Shown: positions 23,291 through 36,900 of the stretch, piece by piece
Position numbering within the stretch: position 1 is the first letter of the stretch
Layout of the letters: the number at the start of each line of letters is the position of its first letter
From: Eledone cirrhosa
Lineage: Eukaryota
Direction of reading: 5' to 3'
Length of the DNA stretch: 64,000 nucleotides
Assembly: GCA_964016885.1 (NCBI GenBank)
Contig: OZ024743.1
Location: 136,152,001-136,216,000 of the forward strand
Notes under the pieces: model-generated
Database searches by the model: none
What the model saw: only the letters and a program-made list of their open reading frames with translations
What the model was told of the DNA's origin: nothing
Position numbers and translations under genes: made by a program

Positions 23291-26200
23291 CTTGGTGTCT
23301 GGTGTTTGGTGCTTGGTGTTTGGTGTTTGGTGCTTGGTGCTTGGTGTTGGTGTTTGGTGTTTGGTGCTTGGTGCTTGGTGTTTTGTGTTTGGTGCTTAGT
23401 GCTTGGTGTTTGGTGTTTGGTGCTTGGTGTTTGGTGTTTGGTGTTTGCTGTATGTTGTTTGCTGTTTCGTGTTTGGTGTTTGCTGTTTGGTGTTTAATGC
23501 TTGGTGCTTGGTGCTTGGTGTTTGGTGCTTGGTGTTTGGTGTTTGGCGTTTGCTGTTTGCTGTTTGGTGTTTGGTGCTGGCTGTTTGGTGCTTGGTGCTT
23601 GGTGCTGGTTGGTTGGTGTTTGGTGCTTGGTGCTTGGTGTTTGGTGCTTGGTGCTTGGTGCTTGTTGTTTGGTGCTTGGTGTTTGGTGTTTGGTGCTTGG
23701 TGCTTGGTGCTTGGTGTTTGGTGCTTGGTGCTTGGTGCTTGGTGTTTGGTGGTTGGTGCTTGGTGATTAGTGTTTGGTGCTTGATGCTTGGGGTTTGGTG
23801 TTTTGTGCTTAGTGCTTGGTGTTTGGTGTTTGCTGTTTGGTGTCTGCTTTTTGGTATTTGGTGTTTGCTGTATGGTGTTTGCTGTTTCGTATTTGGTGTT
23901 TGCTGTTTGGTGTTTGGTGTTTGGTGTTTGGTGCTTGGTGTTTGGTGCTTGGTGCTTGGTGTTTGGCGTTTGGTGCTTGGTGCTTGGTGTTTGGTGCTTG
24001 GTGCTTGGTGTTTGGTGTTTGGTGCTTGGTGTTTGGTGTTTGGTGCTTGGTACTTGGTGTTTGGTGTGTGAAGCTTGGTGATTGATGCTTGTTGCTTGGT
24101 GCTTGGTGTTTGCTGTTTGGTGTTTGGTGCTTGGTGTATGTACTTGGTGCTTGGTGCTTGGTGTTTGGTGCTTGGTTCTTGGTGTTTGGTGCTTGGTGCT
24201 TGGTGCTTGGTGTTTGGTGCTTGGTGCTTGGTGTTTGGTGCTTGGTGTTTGGTGTTTGGTGCTTGGTGTTTGGTGCTTGGTGCCTGTTGCTTGGTGTTAA
24301 GTGTTTGGTGCTTGGTGCTTGGTGTTTGGTGCTTTGTGGTTGGTGCTTGGTGTTTGGTGCATGGTGCTTGGTGTTTGGGGCTTGGTGCCTGGTGCTTTGT
24401 GTTTGGTGCTAGGTGCTTGGTGCTTGGTCTTTGGTGTTTGGTGCTTGGTGCTCGGTGTTTGGTGCTAGGTGTTTGGTGCTTGGTGTTCGGTGCTTGGTGC
24501 TTGGTGCTTGGTGCTTGGTGTTAGGTGTTTGGTGCTTGGTGCTTGGTGTTTGATGTTTGGTCCTTGGTGCTTGGTGTTTGGTGTTTGGTGCTTGGTGCTT
24601 GGTGTTTCGTGTTTGGTGCTTGCTGCTTGCTGCTTGGTGTTTGGTGCTTGGTGATTGGTGCTTGGTGCTTGGTGCTTGGTGCTTGGTGTTTGGTGCTTGG
24701 TGCTTGGTGTTTGGTGTTTGGTGCTTGGTGCTTGGGGCTTGGTGTTTGGTGCTTGGTGTTAGGTGCTTGGTGTTTGGTGCTTGGTGCTTGGTGCTTGGTG
24801 TTTGGTGTTTGGTGTTTGGTGCTTGGTGTTTTGTGCTTGGTGCTTGTTGCTGGGTGGTTAGTGTTTGGTGCTTGTTGCTTGGTGTTTGGTGCTTGGTGCT
24901 TGGTGCTTATTGTTTGGTGATTGGTGCTTGGTGCTTGGTGCTTGGTGTTTGGTGCTTGGTGCTTGGTGCTTGGTGTTTGGTGCTTGGTGCTTGGTGCTTG
25001 GTTATTAGTGTTTGGTGCTTGGTGCTTGGGGTTTGGTGTTTGGTGCTTGGTGTTTGGTGTTTGGTGTTTGCTTTATGGTGTTTGCTGTTTCGTGTTTGGT
25101 GTTTGCTGTTTGGTGTTTAATGCTTGGTGCTTGGTGCTTGGTGTTTGGTGCTTGGTGCTTGGTGTTTGGAGTTTGCTGTTTGCTGTTTGGTGTTTGGCGC
25201 TTGCTGTTTGGTGCTTGGTGCTTGGTGCTGGTTGGTTGGTGTTTTGTGCTTGGTGCTTGGTGTTTGTTGCTTGGTGCTTGGTGCTTGTTGTTTGGTGCTT
25301 GGTGCTTGGTCTTTGGTGCTTGGTGTTTGGTGTTTGGTGCTTGGTGCTTGGTGCTTGGTGTTTGGTGCTTGGTGCTTGGTGCTTGGTGTTTGGTGGTTGG
25401 TGCTTGGTGATTAGTGTTTGGTGCTTGATGCTTGGGGTTTGGTGTTTTGTGCTTAGTGCTTGGTGTTTGGTGTTTGCTGTTTGGTGTCTGCTTTTTGGTA
25501 TTTGGTGTTTGCTGTAAGGTGTTTGCTGTTTTGTATTTGGTGTTTGCTGTTTGGTGTTTAGTGTTTGGTGTTTGGTGTTTGGTGCTTGGTGCTTGGTGTT
25601 TAGTGTTTGGTGTTTGGTGCTTGGTGTTTGGTGCTTGGTGCTTGGTGCTGGGTGGTTGGTGTTTGGTGCCTGGTGCTTGGTGCTTGGTGTTTGGTGCTTG
25701 GTGCTTGGTGCTTGTTGTTTGGTGCTTGGTGCTTGGTGCTTGGTCTTTGGTGCTTGGAGTTTGGTGGTTGGTGCTTGGTGCTTGGTGTTTGGTGTTTGGT
25801 GTTTGCTGTTTGGTGTTTGCTGTTTGGTGTCTGCTTTTTGGTGTTTGGTGTTTGCTGTATGGTGTTTGCAGTTTCGTATTTGGTTTATGCTGTTTGGTGT
25901 TTGGTGTTTGTTGTTTGATGCTGCGTGCTTGGTGTTTGGTGTTTGGTGCTTTGTGCTTGGTGCTTGGTGTTTGGCATTTGGTGCTTGGTGCTTGGTGTTT
26001 GGTGCTTGGTGCTTGGTGCTTGGTGTTTGGTGTTTGGTGCTTGGTGCCTGGTGCTTGTTGTTTGGTGTTTGGTGCTTAGTGCTTGGTGTTTGGTGTTTGG
26101 TGCTTGGTGCTTGGTGGCTGGTGGTTGGTGCTTGGTGTTTGGTGTTTGGTGTTTGGTACTTGGTGCTTGGTGCCTGGTGTTTGGTGCCTGGTGCTTGGTG

Positions 26201-29200
26201 CTTGTTGTTTGGTATTTGGTGCTTGGTGTTTGGTGTTTGGTACTTGGTGCTTGGTGCTTGGTGCTTGGTGTTTGGTCCTTGGTGCTTGGTGCTTGGTCTT
26301 TGCTGCTTGGGGTTTGGTGTTTGGTGCTTGGTGCTTGGTGTTTGGTGCCTGGTGCTTGGTGCTTGGTGTTTGGTATTTAATGCTTGGTGCTTGGTGCTTG
26401 GTGTTTGGTACTTGGTGCTTGGTGCTTGGTGTTTGGCATTTGCTGTTTGCTGTTTGGTGATTGGTGCTTGCTGTTTGGTGTTTGGTGTTTGGTGTTTGGT
26501 GTTTGGTGCTTGCTGTTTGGTGTTTGGTGCTTGGTGCTTGGTGATTAGTGTTTGGTGCATGGTCCTTGGTGTTTGTTGTTTGGTGTTTGGTGCTTGGTGT
26601 TTGGTGCTTGGTGCTTGCTGTTTGGTGGTTGGTGCTTGGTGTTTGGTGTTTGGTGTTTGGTGCTTGGTGCTTGGTGTTTGGTCCTTGGTGCTTGGTGCTT
26701 GGACTTTGCTGCTTGGGGTTTGGTGTTTGGTGCTTGGTGCTTGGTGCTTGGTGTTTGGTGCTTGCTGCTTGGTGCTTGGTGCTTGGTGTTTGGTGATTGG
26801 TGCTTGGTGCTTGGTGTTTGGCGTTTGCTGTTTGCTGTTTGGTGTTTGGTGTTTGCTGTTTGGTGTTTGCTGTTTGGTGTTTGGTGCTTGGTGCTTGGTG
26901 GCTGGTGTTTGGTGCTTGGTGTTTGGATTTTGGTGCTTGGTGCTTGGTGCCTTTTGTTTCGTGCTTGGTGCTTGGTGCTTGGTGTTTGGTGTTTGGTGCT
27001 TGGTGTTTGGTGTTTGGTACTTGGTGCTTGGTGCTTGGTGCTTGGTGTTTGGTGCTTGGTGCTTGGTGATTGGTGTTTGATGCTGCGTGTCTTGGTGTTT
27101 GGTGTTTGGTGCTTGGTGCTTGGTGTTTGGTGTTTGGAGCTTGGTGCCTGGTGCTTGTTGTTTGGTGCCTGGTGCTTGTTTTTTGGTGTTTGGTGTTTGG
27201 TGCTTGGTGTTTGGTGCTTGGTGCTTGGTGCTTGGTGTTTGGTGCTTAGTGCTTGGTGTTTGGTGCTTGGTGCTTGGTGTTTGGTGCTTGGTGCTTGGTG
27301 GTTGGTGCTTGGTGTTAGGTGTTTGGTGCTTGGTGCTTGGTGTTTGATGTTTGGTCCCTGGTGCTTGGTGTTTGGTGTTTGGTGCTTGGTGCTTGGTGTT
27401 TGGTGTTTGGTGCTTGCTGCTTGGTGCTTGGTGTTTTGTGTTTGGAGTTTGGTGTTGGTGTTTGGTGCTTCGGTCTTGGTGCTTGGTGTTTGGTGCTTGG
27501 TGCTTGGTGTTTGGTGCTTGGTGCCTGGTGCTTGGTGTTTGGTGCTTGGTGCTTGGTGTTTGGTGATTGGTGCTTGGTGTTTGGTGCTTGGTGCTTGGTG
27601 CTTGGTGCTTGGTGTTAGGTGTTTGATGCTTGGTGCTTGGTGTTTGATGTTTGGTGCTTGGTGCTTGGTGTTTGGTGTTTGGTGCTTGGTGCTTGGTGTT
27701 TGGTGTTTGGTGCTTGCTGCTTGCTGCTTGGTGTTTGGTGCTTGGTGATTGGTGCTTGGTGTTTTGTGCTTGGTGCTTGGTGTTTGGTGTTTGGTGCTAG
27801 GGGCTTGGTGCTTGGTGCTTGGTGTTTGGTGCTTGGTGCTTGCTGTTTGGTGTTTGGTGCTTGGTGCGTTGGACTTAGTGTTTGGTGTTTGGTGCTTGGT
27901 GTTTGGTGCTTGGTGTTTGGGGCTTGGTGTTCGGTGCTTGGTGCTTGGTGCTTGGGGCTTGGTGTTTGGTGTTTGGTGCTTGGTGCTTGGTGTTTGATGT
28001 TGGGTCCTTGGTGCTTGGCGTTTGGTCTTTGGTGCTTTGTGTTTGGTGTTTGGTGCTTGGTGCTTGATGTTTGGTGTTTGGTGCTTGGTGCTTGGGGCTT
28101 GGTGTTTGGTGCTTGGGGCTTGGTGTTTGGTGCTTGGTGCTTGGGGCTTGGTGTCTGGTGCTTGGTGCTTGGTGCTTGGTGTTTAGTGTTTGGTGTTTGG
28201 TGCTTGGTGTTTGGTGCTTGGTGCTTGGTGCTGGGTGGTTGGTGTTTGGTGCTTGGTGCTTGGTGTTTGGTGCTTGGTGCTTGGTGCTTGTTGTTTGGTG
28301 CTTGGTGCTTGGTGCTTGGTCTTTGGTGCTTGGAGTTTGGTGGTTGGTGCTTGGTGCTTGGTGTTTGGTGTTTGGTGTTTGGTGTTTGCTGTTTGGTGTT
28401 TGGTGCTTGGTGCTTGGTGGCTGGTGTTTGGTGCTTGGTGTTTGGATTTTGGTGCTTGGTGCTTGGTGCTTGGTGTTTCGTGCTTGGTGCTTGGTGCTTG
28501 GTGTTTGGTGTTTGGTGCTTGGTGTTTGGTGTTTGGTACTTGGTGCTTGGTGCTTGGTGCTTGGTGTTTGGTGCTTGGTGCTTGGTGATTGGTGTTTGAT
28601 GCTGCGTGTCTTGGTGTTTGGTGTTTGGTGCTTGGTGCTTGGTGTTTGGTGTTTGGAGCTTGGTGCCTGGTGTTTGCTGTTTGGTGTCTGCTTTTTGGTG
28701 TTTGGTGTTTGCTGTATGGTGTTTGCTGTTTCGTATTTGGTTTTTGCTGTTTGGTGTTTGGTGTTTGCTGTTTGGTGTTTGGTGTTTGGTGCTTGGTGCT
28801 TGGTCTTTGGTGCTTGGGGTTTGGTGTTTGGTGCTTGGTGCTTGGTGTTTGGTGCCTGGTGCTTGGTGCTTGGTTCTTGGCGTTTGCTGTTTGCTGTTTG
28901 CTGTTTGGTGCTTGCTGTTTGGTGTTTGGTGTTTGGTGTTTGGTGTTTGGTGCTTGCTGTTTGGTATTTGGTGCTTGGTGCTTGGTGATTAGTGTTTGGT
29001 GCATGGTCCTTGGTGTTTGTTGTTTGGTGCTTGGTGCTTGGTGTTTGGTGCTTGGTGCTTGCTGTTTGGTGCTTGGTGCTTGGTGTTTGGTGTTTGGTGT
29101 TTGGTGCTTGGTGCTTGGTGTTTGGTGCTTGGTGCTTGGTGCTGGGTGTTTGGTGCTTGGTGCTTGGTGTTTGGTGCTTTGTGCTTGGTGCTTGGTGCTT

Positions 29201-30999
29201 GGTGTTTGGTCCTTGGTGCTTGGTGCTTGGTCTTTGGTGCTTGGGGTTTGGTGTTTGGTGCTTGGTGCTTGGTGTTTGGTGCTTGGTGCTTGGTGCTTGG
29301 TGCTTGGTGCTTGGTGTTTGGTGTTTGGTGCTTACTGCTTGGTGCTTGGTGTTTGGTGCTTGGTGCTTGCTGTTTGGTGTTTGGTGTTTGGTGCTTGGTG
29401 CTTGGTGTTTGGTGTTTGGTGTTTGGTGATTGGTGTTTGGTGCTTGGTGCTTGGTGTTTGGTGCTTGGTGCTTGGTGCTTGTTGTTTGGTGTTTGGTGCT
29501 TGGTGCCTGGTGCTTGTTGTTTGGTGTTTGGTGCTTAGTGCTTGGTGTTTGGTGTTTGGTGCTTGGTGCTTGGTGGCTGGTGTTTGGTGCTTGGTGTTTG
29601 GTGTTTGGTGCTTGGTGCTTGGTGGCTGGTGTTTGGTGCCTGGTGCTTGGTGCTTGGTGTTTGGTGTTTGGCGCTTGGTGTTTGGTGTTTGGTACTTGGT
29701 GCTTGGTGCTTGGTGCTTGGTGTTTGGTGCTTGGTGCTTGGTGCTGTGTGATTAGTGTTTGGTGCTTGGTGCTTGGGGTTTGCTGTTTGGTGCTTGGTTC
29801 TTGGTGTTTGGTGCTTGGTGTTTTGTGTTTGGTGTTTGGTGCTTGGTGTATGTACTTGGTGCTTGGTGCTTGGTGTTTGGTGCTTGGTGCTTGGTGTTTT
29901 GTGTTTGGTGTTTGGTGCTTGGTGTATGTACTTGGTGCTTGGTGTTTGGTGTTTGGTGCATGGTGCTTGATGTTTGGGGCTTGGTGCCTGGTGCTTGGTG
30001 TTTGGTGCTTGGTGCTTGGTGCTTGGTGTTTGGTGCTTGGTGCTTGGTGCTTGGTGTTTGGTGCTTGGTGTTCGGTGCTTGGTGCTTGGTGCTTGGTACT
30101 TGGTGTTAGGTTTTTGGTGCTTGGTGCTTGGTGTTTGATGTTTGGTCCTTGGTGCTTGGTGTTTGGTGTTTGGTGCTTGGTGCTTGGTGTTTCGTGTTTG
30201 GTGCTTGCTGCTTGCTGCTTGGTGTTTGGTGCTTGGTGATTGGTGCTTGGTGTTTGGTGCTTGGTGCTTGGTGCTTGGTGTTTGGTGTTTGGTGCTAGGT
30301 GCTTGGTGCTTGGTGCTTGGTGTTTGGTGCTTGGTGCTTGGTGTTTGGTGTTTGGTGCTTGGTGCTTGGGGCTTGGTGTTTGGTGCTTGGTGCTTGCTGT
30401 TTGGTGCTTGGTGCTTGGTGCTTGGTGCTTGGTGCTTGGTGTTTGGTGCTTGGTGCTTGGTGCTGGGTGGTTGATGTTTGGTGCTTGGTGCTTGGTGTTT
30501 GGTGCTTGGTGCTTTGTGCTTATTGTTTGGTGCTTGGTGCTTGGTGCTTGGTCTTTGGTGCTTGGTGTTTGGTGTTTGTGCTTGGTGCTTGGTGCTTGGT
30601 GTTTGGTGCTAGGTGCTTGACGCTTGGTGTTTGGTGCTTGGTGCTTGGTGCTTGGTGATTAGTGTTTGGTGCTTGGGGTTTGGTGTTCGGTGTTTGCTGT
30701 TTGGTGTTTGCTGTTTGGTGTCTGCTGTTTGGTGTTTGGTGTTTGCTGTATGGTGTTTGTTGTTTTGTGTTTCGTGTTTGCTGTTTGGTATTTGGTGCTT
30801 GGTGCTTGGTGCTTGGTGCTTGGTGCTTGGTGGCTGGTGTTTGGTGCTTGGTGTTTGGATTTTGGTGCTTGGTGCTTGGTGCCTGGTGTTTCGTGCTTGG
30901 TGCTTGGTGCTTGGTGTTTGGTGTTTGGTGCTTGGTGTTTGGTGTTTTGTACTTGGTGCTTGGTGCTTGGTGCTTGGTGTTTGGTGTTTGGTGCTTGGT

Positions 31000-33900
31000 G
31001 CTTGGGGCTTGGTGTTTGGTGCTTGGTGCTTGGTGCTTGGTGTTTAGTGTTTGGTGTTTGGTGCTTGGTGTTTGGTGCTTGGTGCTTGGTGCTGGGTGGT
31101 TGGTGTTTGGTGCTTGGTGCTTGGTGTTTGGTGCTTGGTGCTTGGTGCTTGTTCTTTGGTGCTTGGTGCTTGGTGCTTGGTCTTTGGTGCTTGGAGTTTG
31201 GTTGTTGGTGCTTGGTGCTTGGTGTTTGGGGTTTGGTGTTTGCTGTTTGGTGTTTGCTGTTTGGTGTCTGCTTTTTGGTGTTTGGTGTTTGCTGTATGGT
31301 GTTTGCTGTTTCGTATTTGGCTTTTGCTGTTTGGTGTTTGGTGTTTGCTGTTTGGTGTATGGTGTTTGGTGTTTGGTGCTTTGTGCTTGGTGCTTGGTGT
31401 TTGGCATTTGGTGCTTGGTGCTTGGTCTTTGGTGCTTGGTGCTTGGTGCTTGGTGTTTGGTGTTTGGTGCTTGGTGCCTGGTGCTTGTTGTTTGGTGTTT
31501 GGTGCTTAGTGCTTGGTGTTTGGTGTTTGGTGCTTGGTGCTTGGTGGCTGGTGGTTGGTGCTTGGTGTTTGGTGTTTGGTGCTTGGTGCTTGGTGCCTGG
31601 TGTTTGGTGCCTGGTGCTTGGTGCTTGGTGTTTGGTATTTGGTGCTTGGTGTTTGGTGTTTGGTCCTTGGTGCTTGGTGCTTGGTCTTTGCTGCTTGGGG
31701 TTTGGTGTTTGGTGCTTGGTGCTTGGTGTTTGGTGCCTGGTGCTTGGTGCTTGGTGTTTGGTGTTTAATGCTTGGTGCTTGGTGCTTGGTGTTTGGTGCT
31801 TGGTGCTTGGTGCTTGGTGTCTGGCGTTTGCTGTTTGCTGTTTGCTGTTTGGTGTTTGCTGTTTGGTGTTTGGTGTTTGGTGTTTGGTGTTTGGTGCTTG
31901 CTGTTTGGTGTTTGGTGCTTGGTGCTTGGTGATTAATGTTTGGTGCATGGTCCTTGGTGTTTGTTGTTTGGTGCTTGGTGCTTGGTGTTTGGTGCTTGGT
32001 GCTTGCTGTTTGGTGGTTGGTGCTTGGTGTTTGGTGTTTGGTGTTTGGTGCTTGGTGCTTGGTGTTTGGTGTTTGGTGCTTGCTGCTTGGTGCTTGGTTC
32101 TTGGTGTTTGGTGTTTGCTGTTTGCTGTTTGGTGTTTGGTGTTTGCTGCTTGCTGCTTGGTGTTTGGTGCTTGGTGCTTGGTGCTTGGTGTTTGGCGTTT
32201 GCTGTTTGCTGTTTGGTGTTTGGTGTTTGCTGTTTGGTGTTTGCTGTTTGGTGTTTGGTGCTTGGTGCTTGGTGGCTGGTGTTTGGTGCTTGGTGTTTGG
32301 ATTTTGGTTCTTGGTGCTTGGTGCCTGGTGTTTCGTGCTTGGTGCTTGGTGCTTGGTGTTTGGTGTTTTGTGCTTGGTGTTTGGTGTTTGGTACTTGGTG
32401 CTTGGTGCTTGGTGCTTGGTGTTTGGTGCTTGGTGCTTGGTGATTGGTGTTTGATGCTGCGTGCTTGGTGTTTGGTTTTTGGTGCTTGGTGCTTGGTGTT
32501 TGGTGTTTGGAGCTTGGTGCCTGGTGCTTGTTGTTTGGTGCCTGGTGCTTGTTGTTTGGTGCTTGGTGCTTGGTGGTTGGTGCTTGGTGTTAGGTGTTTG
32601 GTGCTTGGTGCTTGGTGTTTGATGTTTGGTCCCTGGTGCTTGGTGTTTGGTGTTTGGTGCTTGGTGCTTGGTGTTTGGTGTTTGGTGCTTGCTGCTTGGT
32701 GCTTGGTGTTTTGTGTTTGGAGTTTGGTGCTTGGTGTTTGGTGCTTCGGTCTTGGTGCTTGGTGTTTGGTGCTTGGTGCTTGGTGTTTGGTGCTTGGTGC
32801 CTGGTGCTTGGTGTTTGGTGCTTGGTGCTTGGTGTTTGGTGATTGGTGCTTGGTGTTTGGTGCTTGGTGCTTGGTGCTTGGTGCTTGGTGTTAGGTGTTT
32901 GGTGCTTGGTGCTTGGTGTTTGATGTTTGGTGCTTGGTGCTTGGTGTTTGGTGTTTGGTGCTTGGTGCTTGGTGTTAGGTGTTTGGTGCTTGCTGCTTGC
33001 TGCTTGGTGTTTGGTGCTTGGTGATTGGTGCTTGGCGTTTTGTGCTTGGTGCTTGGTGTTTGGTGTTTGGTGCTAGGGGCTTGGTGCTTGGTGCTTGGTG
33101 TTTGGTGCTTGGTGCTTGCTGTTTGGTGTTTGGTGCTTGGTGCGTGGGACTTAGTGTTTGGTGTTTGGTACTTGGTGTTTGGTGATTGGTGTTTGGGGTT
33201 TGGTGTTCGGTGCTTGGTGCTTGGTGCTTGGGGCTTGGTGTTTGGTGTTTGGTGCTTGGTGCTTGGTGTTTGATGTTGGGTCCTTGGTGTTTGGTGTTTG
33301 GTCTTTGGTGCTTGGTGTTTGGTGTTTGGTGCTTGGTGCTTGATGTTTGGTGTTTGGTGCTTGGTGCTTGGGGCTTGGTGTTTGGTGCCTGGGGCTTGGT
33401 GTTTGGTGTTTGGTGCTTGGTGCTTGGGGCTTGGTGTCTGGTGCTTGGTGCTTGGTGCTTGGTGTTTAGTGTTTGGTGTTTGGTGCTTGGTGTTTGGTGC
33501 TTGGTGCTTGGTGCTGGGTGGTTGGTGTTTGGTGCTTGGTGCTTGGTGTTTGGTGCTTGGTGCTTGGTGCTTGTTGTTTGGTGCTTGGTGCTTGGTGCTT
33601 GGTCTTTGGTGCTTGGAGTTTGGTGGTTGGTGCTTGGTGCTTGGTGTTTGGTGCCTGGTGCTTGGTGCTTCGTGTTTGGCGTTTGCTGTTTGCTGTTTGC
33701 TGTTTGGTGCTTGCTGTTTGGTGTTTGGTGTTTGGTGTTTGGTGTTTGGTGTTTGCTGTTTGCTGTATGGTGTTTGCTGTTTCGTATTTGGTTTTTGCTG
33801 TTTGGTGTTTGGTGTTTGCTGTTTGGTGTTTAGTGTTTGGTGCATGGTCCTTGGTGTTTGTTGTTTGGTGCTTGGTGCTTGGTGTTTGGTGTTTGGTGTT

Positions 33901-36900
33901 TGGTGCCTGGTGCTTGGTGTTTGGAGCTTGGTGCTTGGTGCTGGGTGTTTGTTGCTTGGTGCTTGGTGTTTGGTGCTTGGTGCTTGGTGCTTGGTGCTTG
34001 GTGCTTGGTGTTTGGTCCTTGGTGCTTGGTGCTTGGTCTTTGGTGCTTGGGGTTTGGTGTTTGGTGCTTGGTGCTTGGTGTTTGGTGGTTGGTGGTTGGT
34101 GCTTGGTGTTTGGTGTTTGGTGCTTGCTGCTTGGTGCTTGGTGTTTGATGCTTGGTGCTTGGTGTTTGGTGTTTGGTGCTTGGTGCGTGGGACTTGGTGT
34201 TTGGTGCTTGGTGTTTGGTGCTTGGTGTTTGGTGCTTGGTGCTTGGTGCTTGGTGTTTGGTGTTTGATGTTTGCTGCCTGGTGCTTGGTGTTTTGTGTTT
34301 GGAGTTTGGTGCTTGGTGTTTGGTGCTTCGGTCTTGGTGCTTGGTGTTTGGTGCTTGGTGCTTGGTGTTTGGTGCTTGGTGCCTGGTGCTTGGTGTTTGG
34401 TGCTTGGTGCTTGGTGTTTGGTGATTGGTGCTTGGTGTTTGGTGCTTGGTGCTTGGTGCTTGGTGCTTGGTGTTAGGTGTTTGGTGCTTGATGCTTGGTG
34501 TTTGTTGTTTGGTCCTTGGTGCTTGGTGTTTGGTGCTTGGTGCTTGGTGATTGGTGTTTGGTGTTTGGTGTTTGCTGCTTGCTGCTTGGTGTTTGGTGCT
34601 TGGTGATTGGTGCTTGGTGTTTTGTGCTTGGTGCTTGGTGTTTGGTGTTTGGTGCTAGGGGCTTGGTGCTTGGTGCTTGGTGTTTGGTGCTTGGTGCTTG
34701 CTGTTTGTTGTTTGGTGCTTGGTGCGTGGGACTTAGTGTTTGATGTTTGGTGCTTGGTGTTTGGTGCTTGGTGTTTGGGGCTTGGTGTTCGGTGCTTGGT
34801 GCTTGGTGCTTGGGGCTTGGTGTTTGGTGTTTGGTGCTAGGTGCTTGGTGTTTGATGTTGGGTCCTTGGTGCTTGGTGTTTGGTGTTTGGTGCTTGGTTT
34901 TTGGTGTTTGGTGCTTGGTGCTTGATGTTTGGTGTTTGGTGCTTGGTGCTTGGGGCTTGGTGTTTGGTGCTTGGTGCTTGGTGTTTGGTGTTTGGTGCTT
35001 GGTGCTTGGGGCTTGGTGTTTGGTGCTTGGTGCTTGGTGCTTGGTGTTTAGTGTTTGGTGTTTGGTGCTTGGTGTTTGGTGCTTGGTGCTTGGTGCTGGG
35101 TGGTTGGTGTTTGGTGCTTGGTGCTTGGTGTTTGGTGCTTGGTGCTTGGTGCTTGTTGTTTGGTGCTTGGTGCTTGGTGCTTGATCTTTGGTGCTTGGAG
35201 TTTGGTGGTTGGTGCTTGGTGCTTGGTGTTTGGTGTTTGGTGTTTGCTGTTTGGTGTTTGCTGTTTGGTGTCTGCTTTTTGGTGTTTGGTGTTTGCTGTA
35301 TGGTGTTTGCTGTTTCGTATTTGGTTTTTGCTGTTTGGTGTTTGGTGTTTGCTGTTTGGTGTTTGGTGTTTGGTGTTTGGTGCTTTGTGCTTGGTGCTTG
35401 GTGTTTGGCATTTGGTGCTTGGTGCTTGGTGTTTGGTGCTTGGTGCTTGGTGTTTGGTGTTTGGTGCTTGGTGCCTGGTGCTTGTTGTATGCTGTTTGGT
35501 GCTTGGAGCTTGGTGTTTGGTGTTTGCTGCTTGGTGTCTGGTGTTTGGTGCTTGGTGTTTGGTGTTTGATGCTTGGTGCTTGGTGATTGTTGTTTGGTGC
35601 TGGGTGCTTGGAGTTTGGTGCTTGGTGCTTGGTGCTTAGTGCTTGGTGTTTGGTGTTTGGTGCTTGGTGTTGGGTGTTTGGTGTTTGATGCTTGGTGTGT
35701 GCTGCTTGGTGCTTGGTGCTTGGTGTTTTGTGTTTGGTGCTTGGTGCTTGGTGCCTGGTGCTTGGTGCTTGGTGCTTGTTGTTTGGTGCTTGGTGCTTGG
35801 TGATTAGTGTTTGGTGCTTGGTGCTTGGGGTTTGCTGTTTGGTGCTTGGTGCTTGGTGTTTGGTGCTTGGTGCTTGGTGTTTGGTGTTTGGTGCTTGGTG
35901 CTTGGTGTTTGGGTTTTGGTGCTTGGTGCTTGGTGTTTGGTGTTTGGTGCTTGGTGTTTGGTGCTTGGTGTTTGGTGCTGAGTGCTTGGTGTTTGGTGTT
36001 TGACGCTTGGTGTTTGATGCTTGTTGCTTGGTGCTTGGTGTTTTGTGTTTGGTGTTTGGTGCTTGGTGTATGTACTTGGTGCTTGGTTCTTGGTGTTTGG
36101 TGCTTGGTTCTTGGTGTTTGGTGATTGGTGCTTGGTGCTTGGTGTTTGGTGCTTGGTGCTTGGTGTTTGGTACTTGGTGCTTGGTGTTTGGTTTTTGATG
36201 CTTGGTGTTTGATGCTTGGTGCTTGGTGCTTGGTGTTAAGTGTTTGGGGCTTGGTGCTTGGTGCATGGTGCTTGGTGTTTGGTGCTTGGTGCCTGGTGCT
36301 TGGTGTTTGGTGCTTGGTGCTTGGTGTTTGGTGCTTGGTATTTGGTGCTTGGTGCTTGGTGTTTGGTGCTTGGTGTTTGGTGCTTGGTGTTCGGTGCTTG
36401 GTGCTTGGTGTTTGGTGCTTGGTGTTAGGTGATTGGTGCTTGGTGCTTGGTGTTTGATGTTTGATCCTTGGTGCTTGATGTTTGGTGCTTGGTGCTTGGT
36501 GCTTGGTGTTTGGTGCTTGCTGCTTGCTGCTTGGTGTTTGGTGCTTGGTGATTGGTGCTTGGTGTTGGGTACTTGGTGCTTGTTGTTTGGTGTTTGGTGC
36601 TAGGTGCTTGGTGCTTGGTGCTTGGGGTTTGGTGCTTGGTGCTTGGTGTTTGGTGTTTGGTGCTTGGTGCTTGGGGCTTGGTGTTTGGTGCTTTGTGCTT
36701 GGTGCTTGTTGTTTGGTGCTTGGTGCTTGGTGCTTCGTGTTTGGTGTTTGGTGTTTGGTGCTTGGTGTTTGGTGCTTGGTGCTTGGTGCTGGGTGGTTGG
36801 TGTTTGGTGCTTGGTGCTTGGTGTTTGGTGCTTGGTGCTTGGTGCTTGTTGTTTGGTGCTTGGTGCTTGGTGCTTGGTCTTTGGTGCTTGGAATTTTGGT

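Noticed and set aside
24068-24076. Second AAGCTT as another inversion point
   Set aside because: Orientation and 7-bp phase are unchanged on both sides. It comes from an in-register mutated monomer (GTGAAGC).
36888-36900. GGAATTTTGG variant with an extra base
   Set aside because: A singleton, absent from the paralogous copy near 50428 (GGAGTTTGG). It is a private mutation or consensus error with no further significance.
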